IMG/VR virus record: IMGVR_UViG_3300027686_001029
Strand: one strand, 5' to 3'
Length of the DNA stretch: 64,000 nucleotides
Origin: a virus
Under the pieces are notes generated by a model that searched no databases, was not told where the DNA came from, and saw only the letters and a list, made by a program, of their open reading frames with translations. This document shows, piece by piece, positions 37,770 through 47,455 of this stretch. Position numbers and translations under genes: made by a program. Each line of letters starts with the position of its first letter. Position 1 is the stretch's first letter.

Positions 37770-38650
37770 TGTTGCTTTCTTCCGTTATTAGATGTAGACT
37801 TATTATTACTTCTAGTAGGAGTATTACTACTATTAGAACTACTTCTTCTAGGAGTAGAGGTTCTTTGAACTTCTTGTCTCCTTATTTGATTAGACCTACT
37901 ATTATTATTATTATAAATAGTACGTCTATTATTGGTTCTAGTCAGCTGTATATTATTATTTCTACGTCTTATTACAGTAGGTACACTGTTAGGACTTAGA
38001 TATACTCTTACTTCTTTATTTTTTTCTCTCAATTTATTAACCATACGGTCGATTGTAGAAGCGGGTTGTTGGTTAACTAGGGTATTACCTGCTGTTGCTG
38101 ATCTTGGATTAACACTGCTACTTCCTCTTCTACCTCTATTGTAAGATATGTTTCTATTTTTAGGTTGATTATAATACAAGTTATTCCATGTATATCGATT
38201 ACCCCTTCTGTTATATGGATCATACCAGCTATTACCGTATCCCCAATTATTATAACCGTTACTTCCATACATTGAATTAAACCCAAAAGGGTCTCTCCAG
38301 TTATAATTAAAGTTATTAAATGGGTAATCAAATGCCCAATTCATCCAAAAGTTATTACTGTTAGCGTACATATCGAACCTACTATATGGATTCCACATGT
38401 TATACCTATTAAGTGTGCGGTTATTAAAGTACCAGCTGTAAGGCTGATTCATTGCATATTCAGCAAAATTATATCTAAATTGAAAATCGTCTCTTAGCTT
38501 TCTATTTAATTCCCATTGAGTATTAATTACACCTACTTCAATTTCATCTCCTGTTGGTCCGTATATAGGATCATAGTTATGAGTCGAGAGTTTAAAAGTA
38601 GAACAGCCTATTAAAATAAGAATAGATAAGGTAAGTAGTAATTTTCGCAT
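37766..38650 (-). CDS. Lipoprotein with W/Y/N-rich repeats and an R/S-rich tail
   Basis: Signal MRKLLLTLSILILIG-C16; low-complexity NSWYDPY/WNNLYY region typical of Bacteroidota lipoproteins. Confidence 0.7.
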   Translation of the reverse strand: MRKLLLTLSILILIGCSTFKLSTHNYDPIYGPTGDEIEVGVINTQWELNRKLRDDFQFRYNFAEYAMNQPYSWYFNNRTLNRYNMWNPYSRFDMYANSNNFWMNWAFDYPFNNFNYNWRDPFGFNSMYGSNGYNNWGYGNSWYDPYNRRGNRYTWNNLYYNQPKNRNISYNRGRRGSSSVNPRSATAGNTLVNQQPASTIDRMVNKLREKNKEVRVYLSPNSVPTVIRRRNNNIQLTRTNNRRTIYNNNNSRSNQIRRQEVQRTSTPRRSSSNSSNTPTRSNNKSTSNNGRKQQ

Positions 38651-38653
38651 ATA

Positions 38654-39436
38654 TTATAGTTTAAGTGTAGTAGGGTAACTATTATAAATAGGTTCAACTA
38701 CGGGATGTTCTAATCCGTATAGTCTATATATAAGTTGAAATAGTTCAAAGTTCTCTTCAATTTTGTCTATTTGTAATACTTTCCATCCTTTACCCTGTAT
38801 TACATTTTTCTGTTTAGAGGGTCCTCTACTTTGAGCTTTAAGCCAAATGATACCTGTCCTATCAATTTTCTGGTTTTTAGATTCTTCTAACGCTTTTGCA
38901 TATGAAGCTAACTGAAGATCAAAAGACTTGTGTACTGAGTTGGATGTTTTGATGTCTAGTAACCATATTTCTCCATTCATTTTACATACAATGTCTGCTG
39001 TACCTGCATACTTATGTTTATCTGACCATACAAATTCTTCTGCAGAAATAAGTTCTGGTTTATGAGTTGTCCAGAAGTCATGAAACTTTAATATCATTTC
39101 CCATACAAGTTGGCTATATTTAGCTCTACCGTAATCATCCATCCATGTTACTTCATTTCCTAGTATCAACTGTTCTGCAGCTTCATGTACTTGTGTACCT
39201 TCTTTACCTGCTCTACGCATAATAAGATCAGCGTTATGCCCAACATCCTTCATCCACGATTCGAAGAACTTATTCTTGGGCATATATTGGAGTATTGTAG
39301 TTACGGACGGGTAATATACTCCTTCGCCTCTCTTATAGACTCTACGGTCTAAAAAGTTTATTTGCTTTAATTTAGGGTTAAAGTCTAATTTCTTTTTTTC
39401 ATTCTGTTCTAGAATGTTCATACCTTGTTTTATCAT
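38654..39436 (-). CDS. PD-(D/E)XK exonuclease (Cas4/YqaJ-like)
   Basis: YPSVTTIL, GTQVH, YAGTAD, WLLDIKTS, LQLASYA. Confidence 0.85.
   Translation of the reverse strand: MIKQGMNILEQNEKKKLDFNPKLKQINFLDRRVYKRGEGVYYPSVTTILQYMPKNKFFESWMKDVGHNADLIMRRAGKEGTQVHEAAEQLILGNEVTWMDDYGRAKYSQLVWEMILKFHDFWTTHKPELISAEEFVWSDKHKYAGTADIVCKMNGEIWLLDIKTSNSVHKSFDLQLASYAKALEESKNQKIDRTGIIWLKAQSRGPSKQKNVIQGKGWKVLQIDKIEENFELFQLIYRLYGLEHPVVEPIYNSYPTTLKL
38683..38690 (-). promoter_or_regulatory. TATTTATA box embedded in the 3' end of the exonuclease gene
   Basis: About 33 nt upstream of lipoprotein ATG 38650. Confidence 0.45.
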
Positions 39437-40356
39437 AAATCTAGCTTATGCATCATTAGACTGCTAAGGTCTAATTCTTCTGCTGTTTTAATTAAATCTG
39501 TAAATGACTTAAAGCCCATGTTAGATGGGTCTTTTTCTTTCATATCAATTAAGAATACTCTTTTACCGAGGTTTAAGAATTGTTCTGATATTTGTAATGC
39601 TTTTGTTTTAGCATCATTATCTAATGCAATGTATATATCTTCAAGAGGGCTTATAAGAATCTTTTTGTATAGAGCTGTAGAGATTGACTTTCCTAGTATG
39701 GGTATGACATTACGTTTTATAGCTATAGCATCAAATACACCTTCACATAGTATGATAGGCATATTCCAATTAATTAAGTTCTCAAAGAATATTATATCTT
39801 TTGAAGTTTCAGGGTTCTTGTATTTAAAGTAATCCCCCTGGTAACTTCGTGCAACAAAGAAATTGAGTTGATTGGATCTAGAATAACTTGGAATAATAAC
39901 TCTTCCTCCATACTCTCCACTTGCTGCGTATCCAATACCATATTTAATAAAATCTGTTGAGCTAAGTCCTCTTGCATATAGGTATTTTTTAATTAAGTTA
40001 GCTGTAACTGATGTTGTTGTTGCATTTTGAAGCAATTGAAACTCTTTTGGTAGTTCTAATATAGATAGGTGTTTGTATTCCACCTCATTCCCTTTCGGTA
40101 CAAACTTAAGAATATCTACTGCTTGATCACGAGGTGTTTGCAACTGTCTTAATAGGGACCTAATCGTAGTCCCTCTAGTTTGACAAACCCAACATTCCCA
40201 GTAGTTCTTACCTTCTTCGTTAGTAAACATATTAATTTCTAACTTAGGTTTGCGGTGATTGCAAAAAGGGCATGAGAAAGCATAATTATCTCTAGCTCTC
40301 TTATGACTCTTACCTAGTATATTCTCTATACTTCCTAAAAGAAAAGCGTAATCCAT
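39433..40356 (-). CDS. DNA primase (Zn finger plus TOPRIM), gp61/DnaG-like
   Basis: CPFC-H...CWVC; GRVIIP; ILCEGVFDA; IALDNDA; KDPS. Confidence 0.92.
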   Translation of the reverse strand: MDYAFLLGSIENILGKSHKRARDNYAFSCPFCNHRKPKLEINMFTNEEGKNYWECWVCQTRGTTIRSLLRQLQTPRDQAVDILKFVPKGNEVEYKHLSILELPKEFQLLQNATTTSVTANLIKKYLYARGLSSTDFIKYGIGYAASGEYGGRVIIPSYSRSNQLNFFVARSYQGDYFKYKNPETSKDIIFFENLINWNMPIILCEGVFDAIAIKRNVIPILGKSISTALYKKILISPLEDIYIALDNDAKTKALQISEQFLNLGKRVFLIDMKEKDPSNMGFKSFTDLIKTAEELDLSSLMMHKLDL

Positions 40357-40377
40357 ATAACCGTCCGTATCTTATAG

Positions 40378-40410
40378 TAAAGATAAGAACTTTTATTCAG
40401 ACGGCAAACT
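40378..40410 (-). promoter_or_regulatory. Host-type (Bacteroidota -33/-7) promoter for primase-exonuclease
   Basis: TTTG-N19-TATCTTTA versus the established TTTG-N19-21-TAnnTTTG consensus. Confidence 0.7.
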
Positions 40411-40416
40411 TTTATA

Positions 40417-40611
40417 TTATTTGTTTTGGAGCAGTTCGTTAATAGCAGTTGCTACTGTAATCCTTATAAGGTCTCTGTTGCCTGTGTCTAGGAATTCTTC
40501 TAGTTGATTTGTTATAGATTCAGTTAGTTTATTGATATCATCATTAGACATATCTACTTCTGTTCTTGCTACAATAGTTTTATCTTCTAGTATAATTTTG
40601 GATAGTTTCAT
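40417..40611 (-). CDS. Small tagged protein (MKLSKIILE)
   Basis: ORF track plus shared N-terminal tag. Confidence 0.65.
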   Translation of the reverse strand: MKLSKIILEDKTIVARTEVDMSNDDINKLTESITNQLEEFLDTGNRDLIRITVATAINELLQNK

Positions 40612-40952
40612 TTTACATCGCTTTGTGAAAACTCGAATTGTATTCTAGGATAGTAATATCTATCCCCATCATCATCATAGTAATTAGCTTCTGATGTTAC
40701 ATTATATTTTCTGGTTTTAAGGAACGCTACTACTTGTCTAAATGTGTCATCTGGAAGTGCTTCTTCAACTTTAAATTCAACTGATCCATATCCTTTCCCT
40801 GCATTAGGTCCGTCCTCAACATAATGCCCCATACTAACCATTGGATTATAATCACCGTATCCAACAGTAAGCTCTTTTGTTATATCGAGAGCTACATGCT
40901 TATATTTATCATAGTCATGTCCTTCTGTTAAGATAATATCTGATAGTTTCAT
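40608..40952 (-). CDS. Small tagged protein (MKLSDIILTE)
   Basis: ORF track plus shared N-terminal tag. Confidence 0.7.
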   Translation of the reverse strand: MKLSDIILTEGHDYDKYKHVALDITKELTVGYGDYNPMVSMGHYVEDGPNAGKGYGSVEFKVEEALPDDTFRQVVAFLKTRKYNVTSEANYYDDDGDRYYYPRIQFEFSQSDVK

Positions 40953-40962
40953 TTAAGTTATT

Positions 40963-41229
40963 TTATAGTTTCCAAACTTTGAGAGTTATATCACCTGTTC
41001 CTTTTATAAGTCTGTGGTAAGTCTCTTTAGGTATAAATAGTTTACTATTACCGAACTCCACAGGTACTGTATTGTCTAGTTGTAGCTTCCAATCAGAATA
41101 ATTAATAGGCTGTACGTACCTATCTTCTTTATCTCTATGCCAAACATATTCAAGTGATGAGGTACTCTGTAAAAACTCTCTCACAGAATACTCCTTACCT
41201 AATGTTTCTTTGTAGGGTTTATTATTCAC
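40963..41229 (-). CDS. Cupin-like small protein
   Basis: WHRD...W...IPKETYHRLIKG pattern resembles a cupin barrel; start codon uncertain. Confidence 0.55.
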   Translation of the reverse strand: MNNKPYKETLGKEYSVREFLQSTSSLEYVWHRDKEDRYVQPINYSDWKLQLDNTVPVEFGNSKLFIPKETYHRLIKGTGDITLKVWKL

Positions 41230-41314
41230 TTGGTAAACAAGCAGATGGTGCGATTTGATAATCGTTTAGTGGTAGTAGTAATAACTTTTTCATTAAGGTG
41301 AAAATTTAAAATAA

Positions 41315-41632
41315 TTATCCGTGTTTAATAATTAACTCTCCTAGAACCTCTAACCTCCCCATTTCTTTTTGAAACGCCGTCTGGCTCATAGTAGAACTAA
41401 TTTTTTTGTGAGTCTCTTCAAACTCTTTTTGAGCTGCTTCTAGATTAAATTTTCCGTCAGCTGCTTTTTTATAATAAGAAAGCTTTACGTTAAAGTGTTC
41501 ATAAGTTAATAATGAATCACCTCCTTTTTCTTTAGCAGATGAAGCAATTTTACTTGCTCCTTTTTCTCTACCTTCAGCAAAGTCATCGAAAGTTTCTTTT
41601 GTATCCTCTAATATAAGTTTAATTAATTTCAT
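41315..41632 (-). CDS. Small tagged protein (MKLIKLILE)
   Basis: ORF track plus shared N-terminal tag. Confidence 0.7.
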   Translation of the reverse strand: MKLIKLILEDTKETFDDFAEGREKGASKIASSAKEKGGDSLLTYEHFNVKLSYYKKAADGKFNLEAAQKEFEETHKKISSTMSQTAFQKEMGRLEVLGELIIKHG

Positions 41633-41635
41633 ATC

Positions 41636-42421
41636 CTACCAATATCCTGAAAAGTTAGCGCTGCCGCCTAATGATTTCCAATAGCGACCTATATTACAGG
41701 ACCAGTACCCTGCTTTTGTTTTGTCTTTCTTAGTAGCACATTTATGTCGTGCTGCAAAAGATGCTCTTGCTCCTTTTTGTTTAAACTTAACTGATAAGTT
41801 AGTATCTCCAAAAGATACTTTTTTTACATTACCTTTTTTAGATTTAACATATACGTAGAATTTTTTAGAGCCTCCACGTTTAGGTTTGTTAAGTTTTACT
41901 TTTTTACCTTTATATTCTAGCTCATTCATATATCCGACTGAGGCTTTTATCATGTCAAATCCAGAATAGTCAAATGATTCATTTTGAATACTAACTGCTT
42001 TCCTAAATTTATCCATATTAATATTTGCTCCAATTGATTCTACTAGCTCTTTTATTAAATCAAAATCTATCATTTGCTCGATAGTAGAGGCTTCGTCGAT
42101 TGTGTCCTCGTTTTCAATCATATCGTCAATTAGACAGCCAATTTCAAATAGTGGGTTATATTTTGCAGAGACCATTGGTAAGTCTAAAGGTACCCTCATA
42201 CCATTATAATCTGCGTATTCTCCTATGTCAGTTGTTTCTAAGAGCTCTCTATCTGTTTCGTTTAACTCAATAGCTTCGTCTCTAAGAGCTTCTCTTGCTT
42301 CATTAAACAATTGTATAAAGGCTTTAGAGTTATAACGGTAGACATGCTCATGCAATGAGAGCTTATTGTCTATATGGTAAGCTAGAGATGGGTATCCTAA
42401 TATATCTTTTATTCTTATCAT
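41636..42421 (-). CDS. Two-part protein with a basic C-terminal domain
   Basis: EYKGKKVKLNKPKRGGSKKFYVYV...FAARHKC...YWSC basic domain after an acidic N-terminal half. Confidence 0.65.
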   Translation of the reverse strand: MIRIKDILGYPSLAYHIDNKLSLHEHVYRYNSKAFIQLFNEAREALRDEAIELNETDRELLETTDIGEYADYNGMRVPLDLPMVSAKYNPLFEIGCLIDDMIENEDTIDEASTIEQMIDFDLIKELVESIGANINMDKFRKAVSIQNESFDYSGFDMIKASVGYMNELEYKGKKVKLNKPKRGGSKKFYVYVKSKKGNVKKVSFGDTNLSVKFKQKGARASFAARHKCATKKDKTKAGYWSCNIGRYWKSLGGSANFSGYW

Positions 42422-42422
42422 A

Positions 42423-42728
42423 TTATTTCATTTCTGGGTGAAACATAAATTTTATTATTTTTGCATCTTTAGATACTTCTACACCGTCTATCTCTATTCC
42501 TATAGGATAAGGCTTAGTCTTATCGTCTGCCCAGTATGCTACATCGTAACTTTTATCTTTATTGCTAGTTACTAGTAATCCTCTATTATATGTATCCTCC
42601 TCTGCTTGGAGTACAACCATTTTATCAGTAGGAAGAATCATATCACCCATTAGTTTGATATCTCCTTCGTCGTAACCGTCGTCGTTGTACCTGTTATCTT
42701 CTTTTAGAATTATATCTGCTAGTTTCAT
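42423..42728 (-). CDS. Small tagged protein (MKLADIILKE)
   Basis: ORF track plus shared N-terminal tag. Confidence 0.7.
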   Translation of the reverse strand: MKLADIILKEDNRYNDDGYDEGDIKLMGDMILPTDKMVVLQAEEDTYNRGLLVTSNKDKSYDVAYWADDKTKPYPIGIEIDGVEVSKDAKIIKFMFHPEMK

Positions 42729-43219
42729 ACTTTAAAGTCTTTACGGTAAAATTTACCGAGTACGTTATCATTTATATGAGAACTGTATTCATCCTCTAAT
42801 ACGTTATTAATAAATAGGTGTTTAGTCTCATAATAGGTTAACAGCTTTTTATTAGGTACAAATTCAAGGATTCTTTTTTCCCAATTCTCTTGAGCATTAT
42901 CTTTTTTAGATATAGCTAATATTTCTTTTTGAGAACCATAATAAGATTTCCAATCTGATTCTGTTACTACTTTTTGCTTAAGTGGAGTCCTACCGCCTAT
43001 TCCTTTTGCCTTTCTATCTAATCTTAATTCCTCTAAAGCTCTTTTACCTAGTCTTTTATTACGTTCAAAGTAGAGAACTTTTTTTCCTATGTATCTAGTA
43101 TCAGTTGGTTTATGAATTACTTCATATATAAACCCATAGGTACCTTTTGGCATATCTGAAATGTCAGTAATTAACCTCCCCTGGTGTGACCAGGTAGGTT
43201 GTGTTGGCATGTTTTTCAT
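42725..43219 (-). CDS. GIY-YIG endonuclease
   Basis: GFIY-10aa-YIGKK; ESDWKSYYGS; ETK. Confidence 0.8.
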   Translation of the reverse strand: MKNMPTQPTWSHQGRLITDISDMPKGTYGFIYEVIHKPTDTRYIGKKVLYFERNKRLGKRALEELRLDRKAKGIGGRTPLKQKVVTESDWKSYYGSQKEILAISKKDNAQENWEKRILEFVPNKKLLTYYETKHLFINNVLEDEYSSHINDNVLGKFYRKDFKV

Positions 43220-43234
43220 GATTAGTTCTGGTCG

Positions 43235-45763
43235 CTAGAGTTTAGATTTCAGCTCATCAATTTGACCTTGCTGATCTTTTATAGCTTCAATTAATAACGC
43301 GACAATTTTTTCATAACGTACAGCTTTATAGCCGTTATCTCTATCTACTACTATTTCTGGAAGTATGGCTTCTATTTCTTGAGCAATAACTCCAACATCG
43401 TGTCCTTCATGGTTTGATTTAGAATTCCAATCAAATTCATATCCCCCTATAGATTTTAATTTCTCTATCGGGTTTGATATAGGAGTAACATTATCTTTTA
43501 ACCTTTCATCCGAAGAGTAGTATGCTGTTATATCTCCTGTAGCTCTTATATCCCCTGCTACATCTAATTTTGCAGCAGGAGCACTAGTCCCTATACCAAC
43601 ATTACCGTTAGCTGCAATTCTCATGCGCTCGGTATTGTTGTAAGTAGCAAATGCCATACCCGTATCAGCACCACTTGCAATCTCTGCTTTCATAGACACA
43701 GAACCTCTAAGCACTGCTCCTGGTGCTGTTGTATCTGCTGAGAAAAAGTCTAGTGAACCTATAGTGTTTCCTACAGCCCACGTTCCATCCTTTGTGCATC
43801 CCAATCTAATTCTAGCTGTATCAACATTAGAACTTTCTATATTTAAAAGTGCATCAGGAGTAGTTGTTCCTATACCAACGTTGCCGCCGTTAAAGTAAGT
43901 ATTATTGTTTGCTTGAATTTCAACTTTTACAGTAGCATCTGACTTCATTAAAAGACGAGCATCATTAGTGGCATTTGTTGTAAACTCAAAAGTTTGTTTA
44001 CCATCTGTATTCGGAGCAATAACAACCACTCCATTTACGTCTAATTTTGCGTTAGGCGAATCAGTCCCGATACCAATGTTACCGTCAGAATCTATACGTG
44101 CCTTTTCTGTGCCATCTGTTTTGAATATAACATTTGAACTTCCTCCTGTATATGAGCCATCTTCATCAGCACCTAATGTTAGGTTTTTTTGAGAATGAAT
44201 TTCAATTCCTCCTGTTACTTGTTTTATAACTCCAGCTTCTCCTTGTGTATCTCTTGAAATAAGTATAGCATTAGTTGTTCCTGCAGATGGTGTATTTACA
44301 TTTAATGTTGCAAGTTTTGCATTACTTCCTGTTATCTTAAGGCCTGTTATGTTACCATTAATATTAATTCCACCCGAGCCTGATATGATGCGAGAATTTA
44401 TATCTAAATTTCCTCCTAGTTTTGGAGCATTATCGTCCACTATATTTGTTGAACCGCCACTTGCTGCTGATATTGAAGAAGAAACATTAGTAATACCCGG
44501 TATGGCAAATGTTCCAGAAGTTACAGTCACTGTCGAACCGTTGTCTGTTATATTACTACCTGTTAAATGGCCGGTACCTGTTCCTTTTTGAATTTGATTT
44601 GCTAAAGGATATATCGGAGTTCCTTTAGTAGGGTAAGACGGTCCAAATATTACTACCTTATGATCATCTGCTCCACCTTCATATTCTTGGAACCAATCGT
44701 TAGTTGATCCATCAAACTGTAGTGATGCTGTTACATTAGACGATCCTGAGTCTATTACTTTTATCCCTGCATACCTAGCAGTTGGAGTATTATTATTAAG
44801 TATAAGAAATGCATCTCCTATTATTTTAGCTGACCCGGTAATTGTTTGAACGTAACCAAATGAACCTGTACCGTTGACTTGTAAGTTACCAGCAACTTGT
44901 AAGTTACTGCTTACTACTCCTGATCCGGTAACTTTAAGGTTACCTGTAAGTTGAGTTTCACCTGTCCTTGTAAGTAGTCCAGTTTGAGTGACTCCTCCTG
45001 TTAGAGTAACATTACCTGTTGAGTTTATAGATATTGAACCTGAATGTGTAAGGCTTCCAGTATGAAGTATGCTTCCATTTATAGTAGTGTTTCCTGTTTG
45101 ATTTACATTACCAACATGAGTTACATTACCAGTTACTGTGTGAGTAGATCCTGAAAGAATAGTGTTACCTGTTGATTGTAGTACTCCTGTCAAGTTAGTA
45201 TTTCCAATTCTAGTAGTATTACCTAAGTGTAAGTTACTTCCAGTAAGTTCTAATTTACCTACTGTTGTATTGTTTCCTGTTTGAGTATAATTTCCAATTA
45301 ATGCTCCACTTCCTGTTGTACTTACGCTACCTGTAAAATCGTGAAAATCGTCTAATGAGTCTCCAAACTTAGTTGATCCTGAGTCGAATATAATAGACGA
45401 ACTAATTAGTTCTGTTTTAAACTCTTGTGCAAATACTGTTCCTCCTACAGTAAGGTCTCCCGTAATGTTTCCTGATCCGGTTACAATAAGTTTCTTTTGG
45501 TTATAGTTCCATAAGAAGTAGCTTGACCCTGTTGCAATAGATCCTGTACCTAATGCTTCGGATCCAGATTTAACCTGTATTGAGTATTTAGATCCTCTTG
45601 CTTGGTTAACAGGAAGGATTGTCTCTGCATTTAGAGATTTAGATTTAAATAAACTTATAGAATGAGAGGTATAAGAACTTGAATAATATAGTTCTCTAAA
45701 GTTAGTATCTAACTCTGTATGAGTTAAAGCTCTTCCTAATCCGTCTCTAAATGTTAGTGCCAT
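43235..45763 (-). CDS. Tail fibre with a C-terminal peptidase S74 intramolecular chaperone
   Basis: GNVGIGTxxP repeats; SDERLKDN...GVIAQE...VRYEKIVALLIEAIK. Confidence 0.9.
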   Translation of the reverse strand: MALTFRDGLGRALTHTELDTNFRELYYSSSYTSHSISLFKSKSLNAETILPVNQARGSKYSIQVKSGSEALGTGSIATGSSYFLWNYNQKKLIVTGSGNITGDLTVGGTVFAQEFKTELISSSIIFDSGSTKFGDSLDDFHDFTGSVSTTGSGALIGNYTQTGNNTTVGKLELTGSNLHLGNTTRIGNTNLTGVLQSTGNTILSGSTHTVTGNVTHVGNVNQTGNTTINGSILHTGSLTHSGSISINSTGNVTLTGGVTQTGLLTRTGETQLTGNLKVTGSGVVSSNLQVAGNLQVNGTGSFGYVQTITGSAKIIGDAFLILNNNTPTARYAGIKVIDSGSSNVTASLQFDGSTNDWFQEYEGGADDHKVVIFGPSYPTKGTPIYPLANQIQKGTGTGHLTGSNITDNGSTVTVTSGTFAIPGITNVSSSISAASGGSTNIVDDNAPKLGGNLDINSRIISGSGGININGNITGLKITGSNAKLATLNVNTPSAGTTNAILISRDTQGEAGVIKQVTGGIEIHSQKNLTLGADEDGSYTGGSSNVIFKTDGTEKARIDSDGNIGIGTDSPNAKLDVNGVVVIAPNTDGKQTFEFTTNATNDARLLMKSDATVKVEIQANNNTYFNGGNVGIGTTTPDALLNIESSNVDTARIRLGCTKDGTWAVGNTIGSLDFFSADTTAPGAVLRGSVSMKAEIASGADTGMAFATYNNTERMRIAANGNVGIGTSAPAAKLDVAGDIRATGDITAYYSSDERLKDNVTPISNPIEKLKSIGGYEFDWNSKSNHEGHDVGVIAQEIEAILPEIVVDRDNGYKAVRYEKIVALLIEAIKDQQGQIDELKSKL

Positions 45764-45765
45764 TG

Positions 45766-46407
45766 TTATTTATTTTTTAACTCGTCTACTTGTTCCTGTA
45801 GGTCCTTTATTGCTTCTATCAAGTATGGTACTATACCACTATAGTTAACTCCAAGATAGCCTTTTTTATCTTCATAGACAACTTCCGGAATAACTTTCTG
45901 TATTTCTTGGGCAATTACACCTGGATTGGTATCACCTGAATCTTTCCAGTCAAAATTAACTCCTCTCAAGTGTAGTACTTTTTCTATACCGTCTTCTATA
46001 TCAACAATGTTTTCTTTTAACCTTTCATCTGATCCTTGTATTACTGTAGCTGATGCTTTTATACTACCGGATACTTCTAATGCGTAAGTTAAAGGAACAT
46101 CACCTGTTTCGTTTAATCCTATTCCAACTTTACCGCTGTGTACGATAAATCCTGGGGTTGTTGTAAGAGCTGCGCTACTTGTAAAGTAAGGTATTCTCAT
46201 ATTAGAACCTGCGGTTCCGATACCCTTTGTTAATGGTACAGCAATAGTTGCTTGATTCATACTTGCTGCTGCACTACTTGTGTAGTGTAGGTCTAGCTGT
46301 TGTCCATTGTTAGAAGTCGATGCTGAGTAAATGTAACTACCTAAGTTGGTATCCATTTCTGCATACGATAATGCTTGTCCTTTTTGTGCTCTAAATGTTA
46401 TAGCCAT
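45766..46407 (-). CDS. Short fibre with an S74 chaperone domain
   Basis: TFRAQKGQALSYAEMDTNL anchor; SDERLKEN...GVIAQE...VNYSGIVPYLIEAIK. Confidence 0.88.
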   Translation of the reverse strand: MAITFRAQKGQALSYAEMDTNLGSYIYSASTSNNGQQLDLHYTSSAAASMNQATIAVPLTKGIGTAGSNMRIPYFTSSAALTTTPGFIVHSGKVGIGLNETGDVPLTYALEVSGSIKASATVIQGSDERLKENIVDIEDGIEKVLHLRGVNFDWKDSGDTNPGVIAQEIQKVIPEVVYEDKKGYLGVNYSGIVPYLIEAIKDLQEQVDELKNK

Positions 46408-46408
46408 T

Positions 46409-47452
46409 TTATATGTCTAATTTTACTATAAATGTTGTATCAACTTCTTCCGGTTTCGGAATTGGTTTATTTGTTTTTGCTACTGCAATTAATTCATTTG
46501 CATCGTTATATAATCCTATTGAGGTTATATATGGGCTAAAATCACTACCTGTGATATTATTCCTCAGTACCCCGTTTGAACCTGATGTAGCTGATGGATT
46601 TTGTGAGAAATTAAACTCTGAATCTTTTATTCTACAGTATACGTTATACGTATAAATAGGTTGGTTTGATTTCCATCGTAAATTATGTCTGCTAAAGGTA
46701 CTTAAATATCTTGCTACATCTGTATCTGTGATAATAAGCATTCCTTCATTATATATTATATCTCCTACTACTCTCAGAGGCTTTGTATAATCTAAATTAG
46801 AGTAAGCAGTAACTAATCTTCCTTCCCCATCATCAATGATTTGTATACTCTGTTGACTTCTATTAATATCTACGTACAGTCCATTTGATTCTGTAACATA
46901 CGTAGCTGAAGAGCTAATATAAGGTGTATTACTTAAAGGCTCACTATCATACCAGTATCCTATATCTTCTGTATACTGGTTCGTTCCATCAAACTTATCA
47001 ATAATATACCCGTCTGTTAGGTACTTATCTTTTGATGCTGATTCAGGAGAAAATAATAAAGAGTGCGGAACGATATTAGTTCCGTATACCTTTCTTGGTA
47101 TACTTATGATACCTACTTCGGTTTTAAGGTCTCGTGAACGAGATAAAGTTAATGTGGATTGGTAGTGTAGGTCGTATGCAGATCCTGATTTTTCATATAT
47201 AGATCCACTGTACCCTAAGGAACCGGAAGTGCCTCTATAGTATAGTTGGTCGACACTTCTAAAGTTCAGTTCTTCATGTCTCCCTTTATATAAATCATGC
47301 GGGTAGTGTCTGTCGGTTACAGATCCGCTAAAACCTCTTAGTGTTTCTAGACCATAACTACCAGTTAGGCTACCTGAGGCATGCCATGATTTACGGGCGG
47401 GGTAGGTTGTAACAAATACATCCTGATGGTTTAGTTTTTTCCAAGCGCTCAT
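46409..47452 (-). CDS. Baseplate/tail-collar-like structural protein
   Basis: C-terminal YITSIGLYNDANELIAVAK motif. Confidence 0.6.
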   Translation of the reverse strand: MSAWKKLNHQDVFVTTYPARKSWHASGSLTGSYGLETLRGFSGSVTDRHYPHDLYKGRHEELNFRSVDQLYYRGTSGSLGYSGSIYEKSGSAYDLHYQSTLTLSRSRDLKTEVGIISIPRKVYGTNIVPHSLLFSPESASKDKYLTDGYIIDKFDGTNQYTEDIGYWYDSEPLSNTPYISSSATYVTESNGLYVDINRSQQSIQIIDDGEGRLVTAYSNLDYTKPLRVVGDIIYNEGMLIITDTDVARYLSTFSRHNLRWKSNQPIYTYNVYCRIKDSEFNFSQNPSATSGSNGVLRNNITGSDFSPYITSIGLYNDANELIAVAKTNKPIPKPEEVDTTFIVKLDI

Positions 47453-47455
47453 TCA

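Noticed and set aside
38654-39436. Cas4-like gene as evidence of a CRISPR system
   Set aside because: Solo PD-(D/E)XK exonuclease coupled to primase; no cas1/cas2 or array, and the Fe-S cysteines are not evident
20220-39977. Short same-strand nested ORFs (20220-20411, 21861-22052 region, 39792-39977)
   Set aside because: Alternative-frame or antisense overlaps of well-supported genes, with no independent signals
41222-41293. 23-aa ORF MKKLLLLPLNDYQIAPSACLPSE
   Set aside because: Too short to support; could be a micropeptide or remnant, but no motif or frameshift signal was seen
42725-43219. GIY-YIG protein as an active homing element
   Set aside because: Short, catalytic domain only, with no interrupted host gene; resembles a resident T4-like phage nuclease
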